A DNA stretch of 64,000 nt from Candidatus Obscuribacteraceae bacterium (GTDB taxonomy: Bacteria; Cyanobacteriota; Vampirovibrionia; Obscuribacterales; Obscuribacteraceae), in the NCBI GenBank assembly GCA_044226015.1, contig JBGAHS010000007.1, positions 513,090 through 577,089 on the forward strand, written 5' to 3'. Position numbers and translations under genes: made by a program. Below the pieces are notes generated by a model, which made no database searches, was not told the DNA's origin, and saw nothing but the letters and a program-made list of their open reading frames with translations. Shown one piece after another: positions 18,265 through 27,037 of this stretch (position 1 is the stretch's first letter; each line of letters begins with the position of its first letter).

Positions 18265-20607
18265 ATGAGATTAGAAACACAAAACCTTATGACAAATTCA
18301 GACGAAGAAAAAAGCACTAGTAAAGGTGCGCCAACACCATCTCATCAGAGGCATTACTCACAACAAGATTATCATCATCCGGCAGCTGCCTGGGGAGCCG
18401 CTTTCAGCGTTGGCCGAATACTTTTAGAGCAAGGCACCATCATCGATGGCGTCAAGTCCATTTTCAAAATGAATCATGAGAATGGTGGTTTTGATTGTCC
18501 AGGATGCGCCTGGCCTGATGATAGAAAAGGCTTGCGCATGGACATTTGTGAGAATGGCATCAAGCATGTAACGTGGGAGATGACCAAGAAAAGAGCTGAC
18601 CGCAATTTTTTTGCCAAGCATACTGTCAGTGAATTGCTAGGCTGGAGCGATTTTCAGCTTGAAAACGAAGGACGCCTCACAGAGCCAATGCGATATAACT
18701 CAGCTACAGACAAGTACGAGCCGGTAAGCTGGGATGAGGCATTCTCAATTATTGGTAAGCACCTCAAGAGTTTGTCATGCCCTAATAAAGCAAGTTTTTA
18801 TACCTCCGGTCGCCTGTCTAATGAAGCGACCTTTCTGTATCAGTTGTTTGCCAGAGAATATGGCACCAATAATTTGCCCGATTGTTCAAACATGTGTCAC
18901 GAAGCCAGTGGTCGTGCACTTGCGGCTTCTATTGGGACGGGGAAGGGCACCGTTGATTTAGAAGACTGGCAGAAGTCTGATGCTATTTTTGTTATGGGTG
19001 TGAATGCTGCGACTAACTCACCGCGCATGCTGAGTGCTCTGGTCGATGGTGTCAAAGAACATGGCACCAAAATTGTTCACATCAATCCGCTTGTCGAAAT
19101 TGCTGCTACAACCGCAATTACGCCACACGAGATTTTGGACATGATTACTTTCAAAACCACTGAAACCAGCACTCTAAATTTGCAAGCTCGCGTAGGTGGT
19201 GACATGGCGATAATGCGTGGTTTTGGTAAATATCTTTTTGAACAGTACGAACAAGACAAGTCCAGCATCGACATGGATTTTGTGCAAAAACATACTAATG
19301 GAATAGACGCATACAAGGCTGTCTGCGCGTCGACTAGCTGGGAAGACATCGAACGATATTCTGGTGTGCCACTTGCGAAAATAAAGCAGTCAGCTGAGAT
19401 TTATCGTCAAGCCAAATCTAGCATTATCGCGTGGTGCCTTGGTGTCAGCCAGCAGGAGTTCGCTGTTGATACCATAAGAGAGATTGCAAATGTTCTATTA
19501 TTGCGCGGAAATTTGGGCAGACCAGGTGCCGGTGCTTGCCCAATTCGCGGGCACAGCAATGTTCAGGGAAACCGAACTTGTGGAATACACCATGCTCCAC
19601 CAGAAGCCTGGCTTGCAAAAATGGATGCAGCTTGTGGTATCAAGTCACCTCGTGAGCACGGTCTCGATACTGTTCGCACCATAGAAGGAATGTACAATGG
19701 TTCTGTCGAGGTATTTTTCGGAATGGGTGGGAACTTTGCTTCCGCGACCCCAGATCGCGATAGGACATTTGAGGCGCTGCGCCGATGCAAATTGACCGTG
19801 CACGTCAGTACGAAACTGAATCGCTCGCATGTTGTTCACGGAAAAGAGGCTTTGATTCTTCCTTGTTTGGGTCGTACTGAGAAAGACTTCCAGAAGGCAG
19901 GGCTTCAACAAGTGACGGTAGAAGATTCGATGAGCATGGTGCATTTGTCTGTTGGGATGAATGAACCAGCTTCACCGCACTTGCTTTCGGAACTGGCGAT
20001 TATTGCTGGAATGGCGAAAGCCACTATAGCTGATACCAAGACTCCGTGGGACGAATACATCGCAAACTATGATCTTGTTCGCGATAAGATGGCAGAAGCA
20101 ATCAGTGGCTTTGAAGATTTCAACAAGAGAGTTCGCAAGCCATTAGGATTCAGGCTATACCAGCATGCGCGCGAATTGAAATTTGTGACTCCCAATGGAA
20201 AGGCAAATTTCTCAGATGCGCGACTTCAAAATACTTTGCCCCCAGATGGTAAGTTGATGCTTTTCACCATGCGGTCGCATGACCAGTTTAACACGACTGT
20301 CTATTCAGATAATGACAGATACCGTGGTGTCAAAGGGATTAGAGAGATTCTCTTCATGAATGAGCGTGACATGAATAATCTTGGACTTAAGCAATTTGAT
20401 TTGATTAAGATCACCAGTTTCGCAAAAGATGGAAGTACGAGAGAGGTGAGCTCTTTTCGTGCCGTGAAATACAATGTGCCGGAGGGCTGTGTGGGCGGTT
20501 ACATGCCTGAACTAAATGTCCTCTGTCCTATCGGTGATTTCAGCGCGCAGAGTGATCAACCCATGATGAAACAAGTTCTTGTCGAGGTACGCCCTCAGGC
20601 GCAGTGA
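18265..20607 (+). CDS. FdhF/YdeP family molybdopterin oxidoreductase
   Basis: GFDCPGCAWPD, CENG, NNLPDCSNMCHE, RGHSNVQG and RSHDQFNTT motifs. Confidence 0.95.
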   Translation: MRLETQNLMTNSDEEKSTSKGAPTPSHQRHYSQQDYHHPAAAWGAAFSVGRILLEQGTIIDGVKSIFKMNHENGGFDCPGCAWPDDRKGLRMDICENGIKHVTWEMTKKRADRNFFAKHTVSELLGWSDFQLENEGRLTEPMRYNSATDKYEPVSWDEAFSIIGKHLKSLSCPNKASFYTSGRLSNEATFLYQLFAREYGTNNLPDCSNMCHEASGRALAASIGTGKGTVDLEDWQKSDAIFVMGVNAATNSPRMLSALVDGVKEHGTKIVHINPLVEIAATTAITPHEILDMITFKTTETSTLNLQARVGGDMAIMRGFGKYLFEQYEQDKSSIDMDFVQKHTNGIDAYKAVCASTSWEDIERYSGVPLAKIKQSAEIYRQAKSSIIAWCLGVSQQEFAVDTIREIANVLLLRGNLGRPGAGACPIRGHSNVQGNRTCGIHHAPPEAWLAKMDAACGIKSPREHGLDTVRTIEGMYNGSVEVFFGMGGNFASATPDRDRTFEALRRCKLTVHVSTKLNRSHVVHGKEALILPCLGRTEKDFQKAGLQQVTVEDSMSMVHLSVGMNEPASPHLLSELAIIAGMAKATIADTKTPWDEYIANYDLVRDKMAEAISGFEDFNKRVRKPLGFRLYQHARELKFVTPNGKANFSDARLQNTLPPDGKLMLFTMRSHDQFNTTVYSDNDRYRGVKGIREILFMNERDMNNLGLKQFDLIKITSFAKDGSTREVSSFRAVKYNVPEGCVGGYMPELNVLCPIGDFSAQSDQPMMKQVLVEVRPQAQ

Positions 20608-21512
20608 TGAACAGTTCAAAGAATGAGCCGAAATTATGTGTGAAAACTGCAGTCAGTGCGACTGGTCAACCTGGCGGATTTTCCGCAATTGAGCGAGGGG
20701 CTAAAGAGTTTCTTGTGAGGAAAGTCACGGGAGCCGAGGTCGTCGAACAGGCTGATCTGGTCAGCACTGAGCTGCCTCTGGAACTTAGAATAAGCAGCAA
20801 GCAATTGGGTGAACGGTTCTCACTTGCCGTCACTATGAGAACACCAGGGCATGATGCAGAGCTAGCTGCTGGATTTTTGTTTACGGAGGGACTGGTCACT
20901 GATCGCAATGCCATCGAAGACATTTTCGTCGAAAAGTGCAATACAGTGACGGTTAGATTGCGAGATTCTGTAAATATCGATAAGGCGAAGTTAGAGCGCC
21001 ATTCTTATGTTGCCTCCAGTTGCGGTGTCTGCGGAAAAAAGTCCATCGAGTCAGTTAGAGTTAGCCGGAAATTTGAAATGAAGGATGAGCTTCCCTTGGT
21101 TTCAGCTGCGCTCATTCAAAGCCTTCCTGCAAAACTTCGCGAAATGCAAACGAATTTTGACTGCACCGGTGGTGTTCATGCGTCGCTTCTTGTTGATAGC
21201 GAGAGCAGATTTCTCGGACTGAAAGAGGATGTGGGAAGGCATAATGCGCTCGACAAAGTTATCGGTGAGCAATTCTTGCGGGGCAATCTTCCGCTTTCCG
21301 ATGCTGTACTCTTAGTGAGTGGTCGAGCAAGCTTTGAACTCGTGCAAAAGGCTGCTCTGGCAGGCATTCCTGTTCTACTTGCGGTTGGCGCTCCTTCTAG
21401 TCTTGCTGTCGAGCTTGCAATCGAGAGCAACATGACGTTGATTGGGTTTGTTAGAGACATGAGATTCAATGTTTACTCTGGTGCCCAGCGAGTTCTGCTA
21501 AACCAAGCGTAA
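20604..21512 (+). CDS. fdhD: Formate dehydrogenase accessory sulfurtransferase FdhD
   Basis: MRTPG, SSCGVCG, TGGVHA, EDVGRHNALDK and SGRASFE motifs; 4-nt overlap with the upstream gene. Confidence 0.95.
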   Translation: MMNSSKNEPKLCVKTAVSATGQPGGFSAIERGAKEFLVRKVTGAEVVEQADLVSTELPLELRISSKQLGERFSLAVTMRTPGHDAELAAGFLFTEGLVTDRNAIEDIFVEKCNTVTVRLRDSVNIDKAKLERHSYVASSCGVCGKKSIESVRVSRKFEMKDELPLVSAALIQSLPAKLREMQTNFDCTGGVHASLLVDSESRFLGLKEDVGRHNALDKVIGEQFLRGNLPLSDAVLLVSGRASFELVQKAALAGIPVLLAVGAPSSLAVELAIESNMTLIGFVRDMRFNVYSGAQRVLLNQA

Positions 21513-21840
21513 CTTGAAGCCTCTGATGGGCAGAAGAATCTCGAATTGTTCCAGGCAAAAACTTTGCCTCATTTTTGCGTAGTTGTTCCGATAGGAGAAG
21601 CGCGAAAATGCTTAACTCGATCGGGTGAGTTTCTCGCTGCTGTGTTTCAATTTTATCTCAGATTTAGGACCTAGTCTTTCATTGTTCATAGTGATTGGAA
21701 TCAGGGACCAATCACGACATGTGATTTAGGGCGGATCGAGATATGAACCATACTATGTATATTTGTGAGATTTGCTGCGAGCAAATTTCAGGGAAATGAT
21801 CTGAAAAATCCGTCTAATTTATCTCGCTGACGCGTAGAAC

Positions 21841-22986
21841 ATGGATTCATGTCCATGGAGATCTTTTATGCCGCCAGATAAGGTTGAACAATGTTTGGAC
21901 GAAAGCTCAAGCTCTGGAAAGTCGAAGGATCTTTCGACAAGCAATCAGGAAGAGAGCGACGGACTAAAAGATCAAAAAGCTCAGCAATGTGAGGCGCGCA
22001 AGATCGGTGCAACGCCGAGCAGCGTTGATCTCCCAAAAATAAATATGGCGGAGTTTGAGAAATGGAAATCGGTAGTTAATACATCATCTATGCCACTTGA
22101 GAGTAATCCTGAGCCTCCTGTTTGCTCAAGTGAGACCGACGGCAATTCAAAGCCTGGTGGCGATACAGATCCAACAAAGCCTGTAGCTACCGAAACTGAC
22201 AGTACGGGTAGAGTTGTGCGGGAGAGATACTCGAACGGACAAGATGTTGTGGTGGCGTATGACGAAAACGGTGAAGCCCATCGCTTCAAAAATGAACCGA
22301 TTAAGGAGATGCCACCAAAGTTTGACGATGTGCCAGCGTGGCGGCAAAAGCAGCTCGATGAGAAGGCTAATGAGGTTTTTGGTAAATACTACACTCCTGA
22401 GACCCCGGGCGAAGCGCCGTATATGGATTTTCAAAAAGTGGCTGATATGCAAAAGGATATTGCTGCTCGGGAAGACTTAACTGAAACTGAGAAGTGTCTT
22501 CTGTATTCGAAAATTCAGGTGAATATGCGTGAAGGTGGTATTACCGTCGAAAACTGGAATGAGAAACCTGAGATGGTTGATTCCTGGCAGGGTGAAGGCG
22601 ACCCATGGCATGCAATTGCTCCGATGGACGATAAATATCATAACAGGCTGCTTAAGATGACTCCTGAAGATGCGTCCAAAGCAATCTTCGTGCAAGAGGA
22701 TTATGCCGAAGGCGATATGCACTCCTCATTGGCCGATAAAATTAAGTGGAAGGGTGCCAGGCTTGTGATGGGTATAAATCAGGGTGATGTGAATGCATCT
22801 GAAGGACAATTGAAGTGTATGCGGGAAATGCAAAACAAAGGAACTTTTGCTGCATATGCGGAGGAGTGGGAGAAGCAATACGTCAATAAAGATGCCTTGA
22901 ATCCGAGGGATCCCCTCGGTGGAGAAGGCGCACCGCCTTACGGTCGCCAGCGTCCTCACTTTGTTCCGAAAGACGCAAAGGAATAA
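21841..22986 (+). CDS. Hypothetical protein with a disordered N-terminus and a single YD/RHS-like repeat
   Basis: 381-aa ORF; TDSTGRVVRERYSNGQDVVVAYDENG resembles a YD repeat. Start may be 21868. Confidence 0.75.
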   Translation: MDSCPWRSFMPPDKVEQCLDESSSSGKSKDLSTSNQEESDGLKDQKAQQCEARKIGATPSSVDLPKINMAEFEKWKSVVNTSSMPLESNPEPPVCSSETDGNSKPGGDTDPTKPVATETDSTGRVVRERYSNGQDVVVAYDENGEAHRFKNEPIKEMPPKFDDVPAWRQKQLDEKANEVFGKYYTPETPGEAPYMDFQKVADMQKDIAAREDLTETEKCLLYSKIQVNMREGGITVENWNEKPEMVDSWQGEGDPWHAIAPMDDKYHNRLLKMTPEDASKAIFVQEDYAEGDMHSSLADKIKWKGARLVMGINQGDVNASEGQLKCMREMQNKGTFAAYAEEWEKQYVNKDALNPRDPLGGEGAPPYGRQRPHFVPKDAKE

Positions 22987-24592
22987 GTACTTCCGCCGAT
23001 TTATTGATGGAGTGCTTCTTTTCAAACTCAAGCATTTCGGTTTCAAATCTGGACAATAATGACTGCTTTTCCTGGTCGGGTAGAAACGCAAATCGCAGGC
23101 TATTGCGCCCCAGTTCTTTAATGTCTCGCCATGCAAGTTGCGGATGGTTTTGTATTAGTTTCTGGAACTCACTGCTCATAGTTGTTCCAAATATTCCCCC
23201 ATCATCGGTGCTAATAGAAACAGGAATGCCTTCGTGAAGAAGTTTGATTAGCTGCTGCTTTTGTACTGGTAGTCCGAGGAGAATTTGATTGCTAGTTGGG
23301 CAAGCCTCTACGAGAATTTTTCTTTTCGCAAGAACCTTTCTAAGCGCTTTTGATTCCTTGCAGTTTATTCCAAGGTTGACACCATGCCCGATTCGAGTTG
23401 CTCCAAGCATAAGTGCCTCGGAGATGTGATTATCCCACTTTCGTGATTCACCAGCATGTATCGACAGCGCCACTGAGGGATATTTTTTTCGAAGCAGACG
23501 AATTGTTTTTGCCACCAGTAATGGGTCGATAAGCTTAACTTTGGATGCTTGCTTATTTGGGTATTCATCTCCACATAGATTTATTCCCGCTACAATTTTG
23601 CTTAAAGTGGGATCTGATGCCAATGCAAATGCGAGGGGAAGCTTTCCCAAAACGCCAGGGTTCTCTCTGTTTAACGATATCAGAAATCGGACGCAGACTC
23701 GTTTTGAAGGCTGAAGGCTCGCATTGACGCTATCAGCAGCGCGGTCCAGACGAATGAGATTTTGTTTCAGCCTTTCAAATGAGAGAGGGCTTCGCTGCTT
23801 CCCAGATGGAAGGGTGCTACTTGCAACGGGCTCTTCATTTTTTTCTGTCACAGGAAGCGGATCAACGAAACTTGGATCAACTTGAATCTCGATATAGCAG
23901 AGTCTTTGCTTCGATGCTTGAATTACAGCTTGTTTTGCTATAGTTTCAGCGGAACTCATCTCTCTTACCAGGCTTCGTCGTCTTTGAAAAATTACCTCGC
24001 AGAATTTTTGATGTGGGTCGCTATCTTGCGTGGATACTGTCTGTGCTCTGTTGAAATCAATCTTCGCTGCTTTCACTCTTACTGTTTTGGGTGGCAGTAG
24101 TGAATCTGGAGACATGAACTGCGAACTTTGGAGAGCCGCTACAGGTGGCATTGCCACAAAAGAGTACGCGTCAGGATCTCGAATCCAGTGCTCGTTCGCT
24201 GGTAGCCGCAAGAGAAATCGAAAGCGTTTTTTATTTGATGCAATCTTCAGCAGTTCTTCCGGAGTTGGAATGCCACTTAGATGCGTATGAAGCTCAGCTC
24301 CTTTTGGCATTCTCTCGACGAACAGTTTTAGATCGGAGGGATTGTGGCGAATTCTCTGGAAGTATTGCTCGCAACAATTTTGAATTCGTGTCTGCTTCTG
24401 GTTCTGGTGCTCAGAATTACCTCTTTTGGCTTTGCTTGCTGAATAGTCATATCTGCTTTTGCTTTGTCCAACCGTTTTCGCTTCACTAGTTGTCGAAGCG
24501 TAGGATACGTAGTTGCTGTCGGCTGCCAGACCAATTAGTGTAAAGCCAACTAAGATGAGCTGGCTTTTGCGGAAGTCCTTCAGAAATTTCAT
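22883..24592 (-). CDS. Secreted adenosine deaminase-family protein (ADA2/ADGF-like)
   Basis: MPKGAELHTHLSG, HAGE, RIGHG, CPTSN and STDD catalytic motifs; N-terminal signal-like segment. Confidence 0.9.
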   Translation of the reverse strand: MKFLKDFRKSQLILVGFTLIGLAADSNYVSYASTTSEAKTVGQSKSRYDYSASKAKRGNSEHQNQKQTRIQNCCEQYFQRIRHNPSDLKLFVERMPKGAELHTHLSGIPTPEELLKIASNKKRFRFLLRLPANEHWIRDPDAYSFVAMPPVAALQSSQFMSPDSLLPPKTVRVKAAKIDFNRAQTVSTQDSDPHQKFCEVIFQRRRSLVREMSSAETIAKQAVIQASKQRLCYIEIQVDPSFVDPLPVTEKNEEPVASSTLPSGKQRSPLSFERLKQNLIRLDRAADSVNASLQPSKRVCVRFLISLNRENPGVLGKLPLAFALASDPTLSKIVAGINLCGDEYPNKQASKVKLIDPLLVAKTIRLLRKKYPSVALSIHAGESRKWDNHISEALMLGATRIGHGVNLGINCKESKALRKVLAKRKILVEACPTSNQILLGLPVQKQQLIKLLHEGIPVSISTDDGGIFGTTMSSEFQKLIQNHPQLAWRDIKELGRNSLRFAFLPDQEKQSLLSRFETEMLEFEKKHSINKSAEVLIPLRLSEQSEDAGDRKAVRLLHRGDPSDSRHLY

Positions 24593-25344
24593 TTTCGTAT
24601 GTTCTGATACTCAAGTGAGAAATAATTTGTCGGAGGCATCAAGCACTTAGTCAGGCTTGCTGCCTCCAACAAGGAGGGCTCTTTCCATACTGATTTTGTG
24701 CGATAACAATGGAATGTATCGGGAACAACTTTGTGAGGTATGCCTGCTGCGAGCGTTTGGCAATTCCAGTGCCAATCTTCGTAAAAGAAACCTCCCGCCA
24801 GGTCGACAGCGCAGTACGGAAATTCAAGATAAATTTCACGCAGACCAAACGACGAGGGGAACCACGGGTTGTATTCGAACAAAATTGATTCGTCAAATGC
24901 TGAACTCTCTGAGTCTTGCATTTGCCAGATTCTATGTTCTGCGTCGAATAGTATCGCTGTCTCTGTATGGTAAACGACCCTTCTCGTATCCGATTCAGCC
25001 ATTTGAATTGCTGCGAACAACCAGTTTTGGCTCCAGAGATCATCACCATCAACAAATGCCAGATATCTTCCTGTGGACTCTTGTGCTCCCAGGTTTCTGG
25101 CTAAGCCAAGGTCACCGAAATCGGCGTCTATGATTTGGGCAGTTTTGCGACAGAATTCATTGGTGAAGTTGACTGTTGCATCGTCTGCATCATCTCGGAT
25201 AAACAGCGCCTCAACAGAAATAAAGTTCTGTTTGCAAAACTCTATGCTGGCATTGATAGCGTCTACAGTCTGGCGCAGCTGCCTGCCCTCGTTGTGACAG
25301 TTTACTATGATTGAAATGTCAACCATTGTTTCCTCCCAACTCAC
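24589..25344 (-). CDS. Glycosyltransferase family 2
   Basis: ISIIVNCHNEG, GLARNLG, AFVDGDD and EDW motifs. Confidence 0.9.
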   Translation of the reverse strand: MSWEETMVDISIIVNCHNEGRQLRQTVDAINASIEFCKQNFISVEALFIRDDADDATVNFTNEFCRKTAQIIDADFGDLGLARNLGAQESTGRYLAFVDGDDLWSQNWLFAAIQMAESDTRRVVYHTETAILFDAEHRIWQMQDSESSAFDESILFEYNPWFPSSFGLREIYLEFPYCAVDLAGGFFYEDWHWNCQTLAAGIPHKVVPDTFHCYRTKSVWKEPSLLEAASLTKCLMPPTNYFSLEYQNIRK

Positions 25345-27037
25345 CTTTCGTAGGACCAGAGTAACGCATCAGCCATAGAGTTTTTAAATTTGGAAGCTCC
25401 TCTATTTGAAAGTAAGCGCTCTTCTGAAAACGTGTGAAACATTCGTATGTGGGGTTGAAGATATACAGAGATTTGAATCCATTTGGTAAATCAGGTATTA
25501 GCTCGCTACTACAAACTAAGAGCTTAACTTCGGGGTTCACGTAGTGGCTCAGTGTGAGCATGTAGGACATGTATTTGCGACCAATGGGGCAGATCACTAG
25601 CGGAGTGTCAGCTTGGTTGAGTACCTTTGCGATTTCTCTAGGCGTAACCTGGTGCATTGGCAAATCAGCATGTTCACTCGCCCTAGCTATATTCATTGAA
25701 GAAAGCAGTTCTAGTGAGAGGAACATTGACAGCAAGGTGTATCCCGTGAATCTAAGTGTGCGAGTTTTTGCAGCAACTAAATTCCCTAGAAGGAAAGCAA
25801 CAGGAACAAGAAAGCCCAGAGCGCAAGGTATGAGGTATCGCGGTGTTTGGGATCTTACGCCACCATATATGATGTCGGGTAATGCCAGAGGAAGCAATAC
25901 CGACAATATTAGGCACAATGCGTAGGCAAATTGTTTCTTGCCATTTTTCCACAACGAAAATGCACCGCTTACCGTTAGTAGAACTGTTAGTCCTGTTAAG
26001 ACGATTTCGTAGCCGGGCAATTGAAAATAGAGATGATTCAGATTGTTCAACCATGCTTCAGTAAGCGATTGCATAGGGACTCTTCTTGTAAGCCACTTCA
26101 GCATTTCGTCACTGACCTGTTTGTGAATCAGCATCTGAGTAGCCCAGGGAAGAAACAAGAGTCCTGCTACAGACAAGGCTATGGCATTGTTTGCTACTTG
26201 TTTTGACAGCCGTAATTTATTCGCACAACTGGTGTAAAGTAGCTGGGCAGCTCCGACCATAGCAGCAAATGGGTGTGTAAATAAACTGAGGACGCTGGTG
26301 GCACAGTAAGCAATCCAGCATGAACTCATACCGCTTCGCAGTGAGCGAAGAAGAAGATAGGAAGTCAAAGCTGTGAGTGTTATCCAGAGGCTGTATTGAC
26401 GAGCGTACTGAGCGTACAGCAATTGGAAGGGCGACAGCGTAACTATGCAGCTCGCTATTGTCGCTGTTCTCAGGGCGGTTCGATTATAGCTATCTGTAGC
26501 TGAGCTGTCGCGGAATAGTTCGAAGAAGAAAAGAAAAGTGCATGGTATCAGGAATATGCTTATGATTGCTGGCAAAAGCCTCATCGCATGAACTTCATTG
26601 CCAAATCGATTTTGCCATGCCCAGGACAAAAGGAAGTATAGCGGCGGATGCTCGCCCCCGTTTTTCGCTAATGCACTTATACATCTAATCGGAGAATTTT
26701 GTGCTTCCTGGTACTTTTGCAAATCGCCCATTTTTATTATTCTGTTGGCAGATTGCAGCGGCACAACATCTTTGTAAGTGAAGCCGGCAACGTTTAGCGA
26801 TGTGAGTGCTTCGTCGATGTAGTATTCTCGTTGTTCGAGATTGTTTAGTCTGAATAAAACGCCAATTACGAAGCAAGTTGCAAGAAGACTGTACAAGAGC
26901 TTGTGTTTCTTGAAGCCGTAGGCTTCAATTTTCGACGACTGTTTTCGTTCTTCTTTAACGTTGACTTCTCTTGCTGCAGCACTTGAAGCACAGCATTCTT
27001 CTTCGCATCTCGGCAATGTGTTGGACTGAGGCATCAT
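25319..27037 (-). CDS. Membrane glycosyltransferase, GT39/PMT-ArnT-like (GT-C)
   Basis: YYIDE loop, HPPLYF, AQYARQYSL and PRY motifs; many TM segments. Confidence 0.88.
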   Translation of the reverse strand: MMPQSNTLPRCEEECCASSAAAREVNVKEERKQSSKIEAYGFKKHKLLYSLLATCFVIGVLFRLNNLEQREYYIDEALTSLNVAGFTYKDVVPLQSANRIIKMGDLQKYQEAQNSPIRCISALAKNGGEHPPLYFLLSWAWQNRFGNEVHAMRLLPAIISIFLIPCTFLFFFELFRDSSATDSYNRTALRTATIASCIVTLSPFQLLYAQYARQYSLWITLTALTSYLLLRSLRSGMSSCWIAYCATSVLSLFTHPFAAMVGAAQLLYTSCANKLRLSKQVANNAIALSVAGLLFLPWATQMLIHKQVSDEMLKWLTRRVPMQSLTEAWLNNLNHLYFQLPGYEIVLTGLTVLLTVSGAFSLWKNGKKQFAYALCLILSVLLPLALPDIIYGGVRSQTPRYLIPCALGFLVPVAFLLGNLVAAKTRTLRFTGYTLLSMFLSLELLSSMNIARASEHADLPMHQVTPREIAKVLNQADTPLVICPIGRKYMSYMLTLSHYVNPEVKLLVCSSELIPDLPNGFKSLYIFNPTYECFTRFQKSAYFQIEELPNLKTLWLMRYSGPTKGELGGNNG

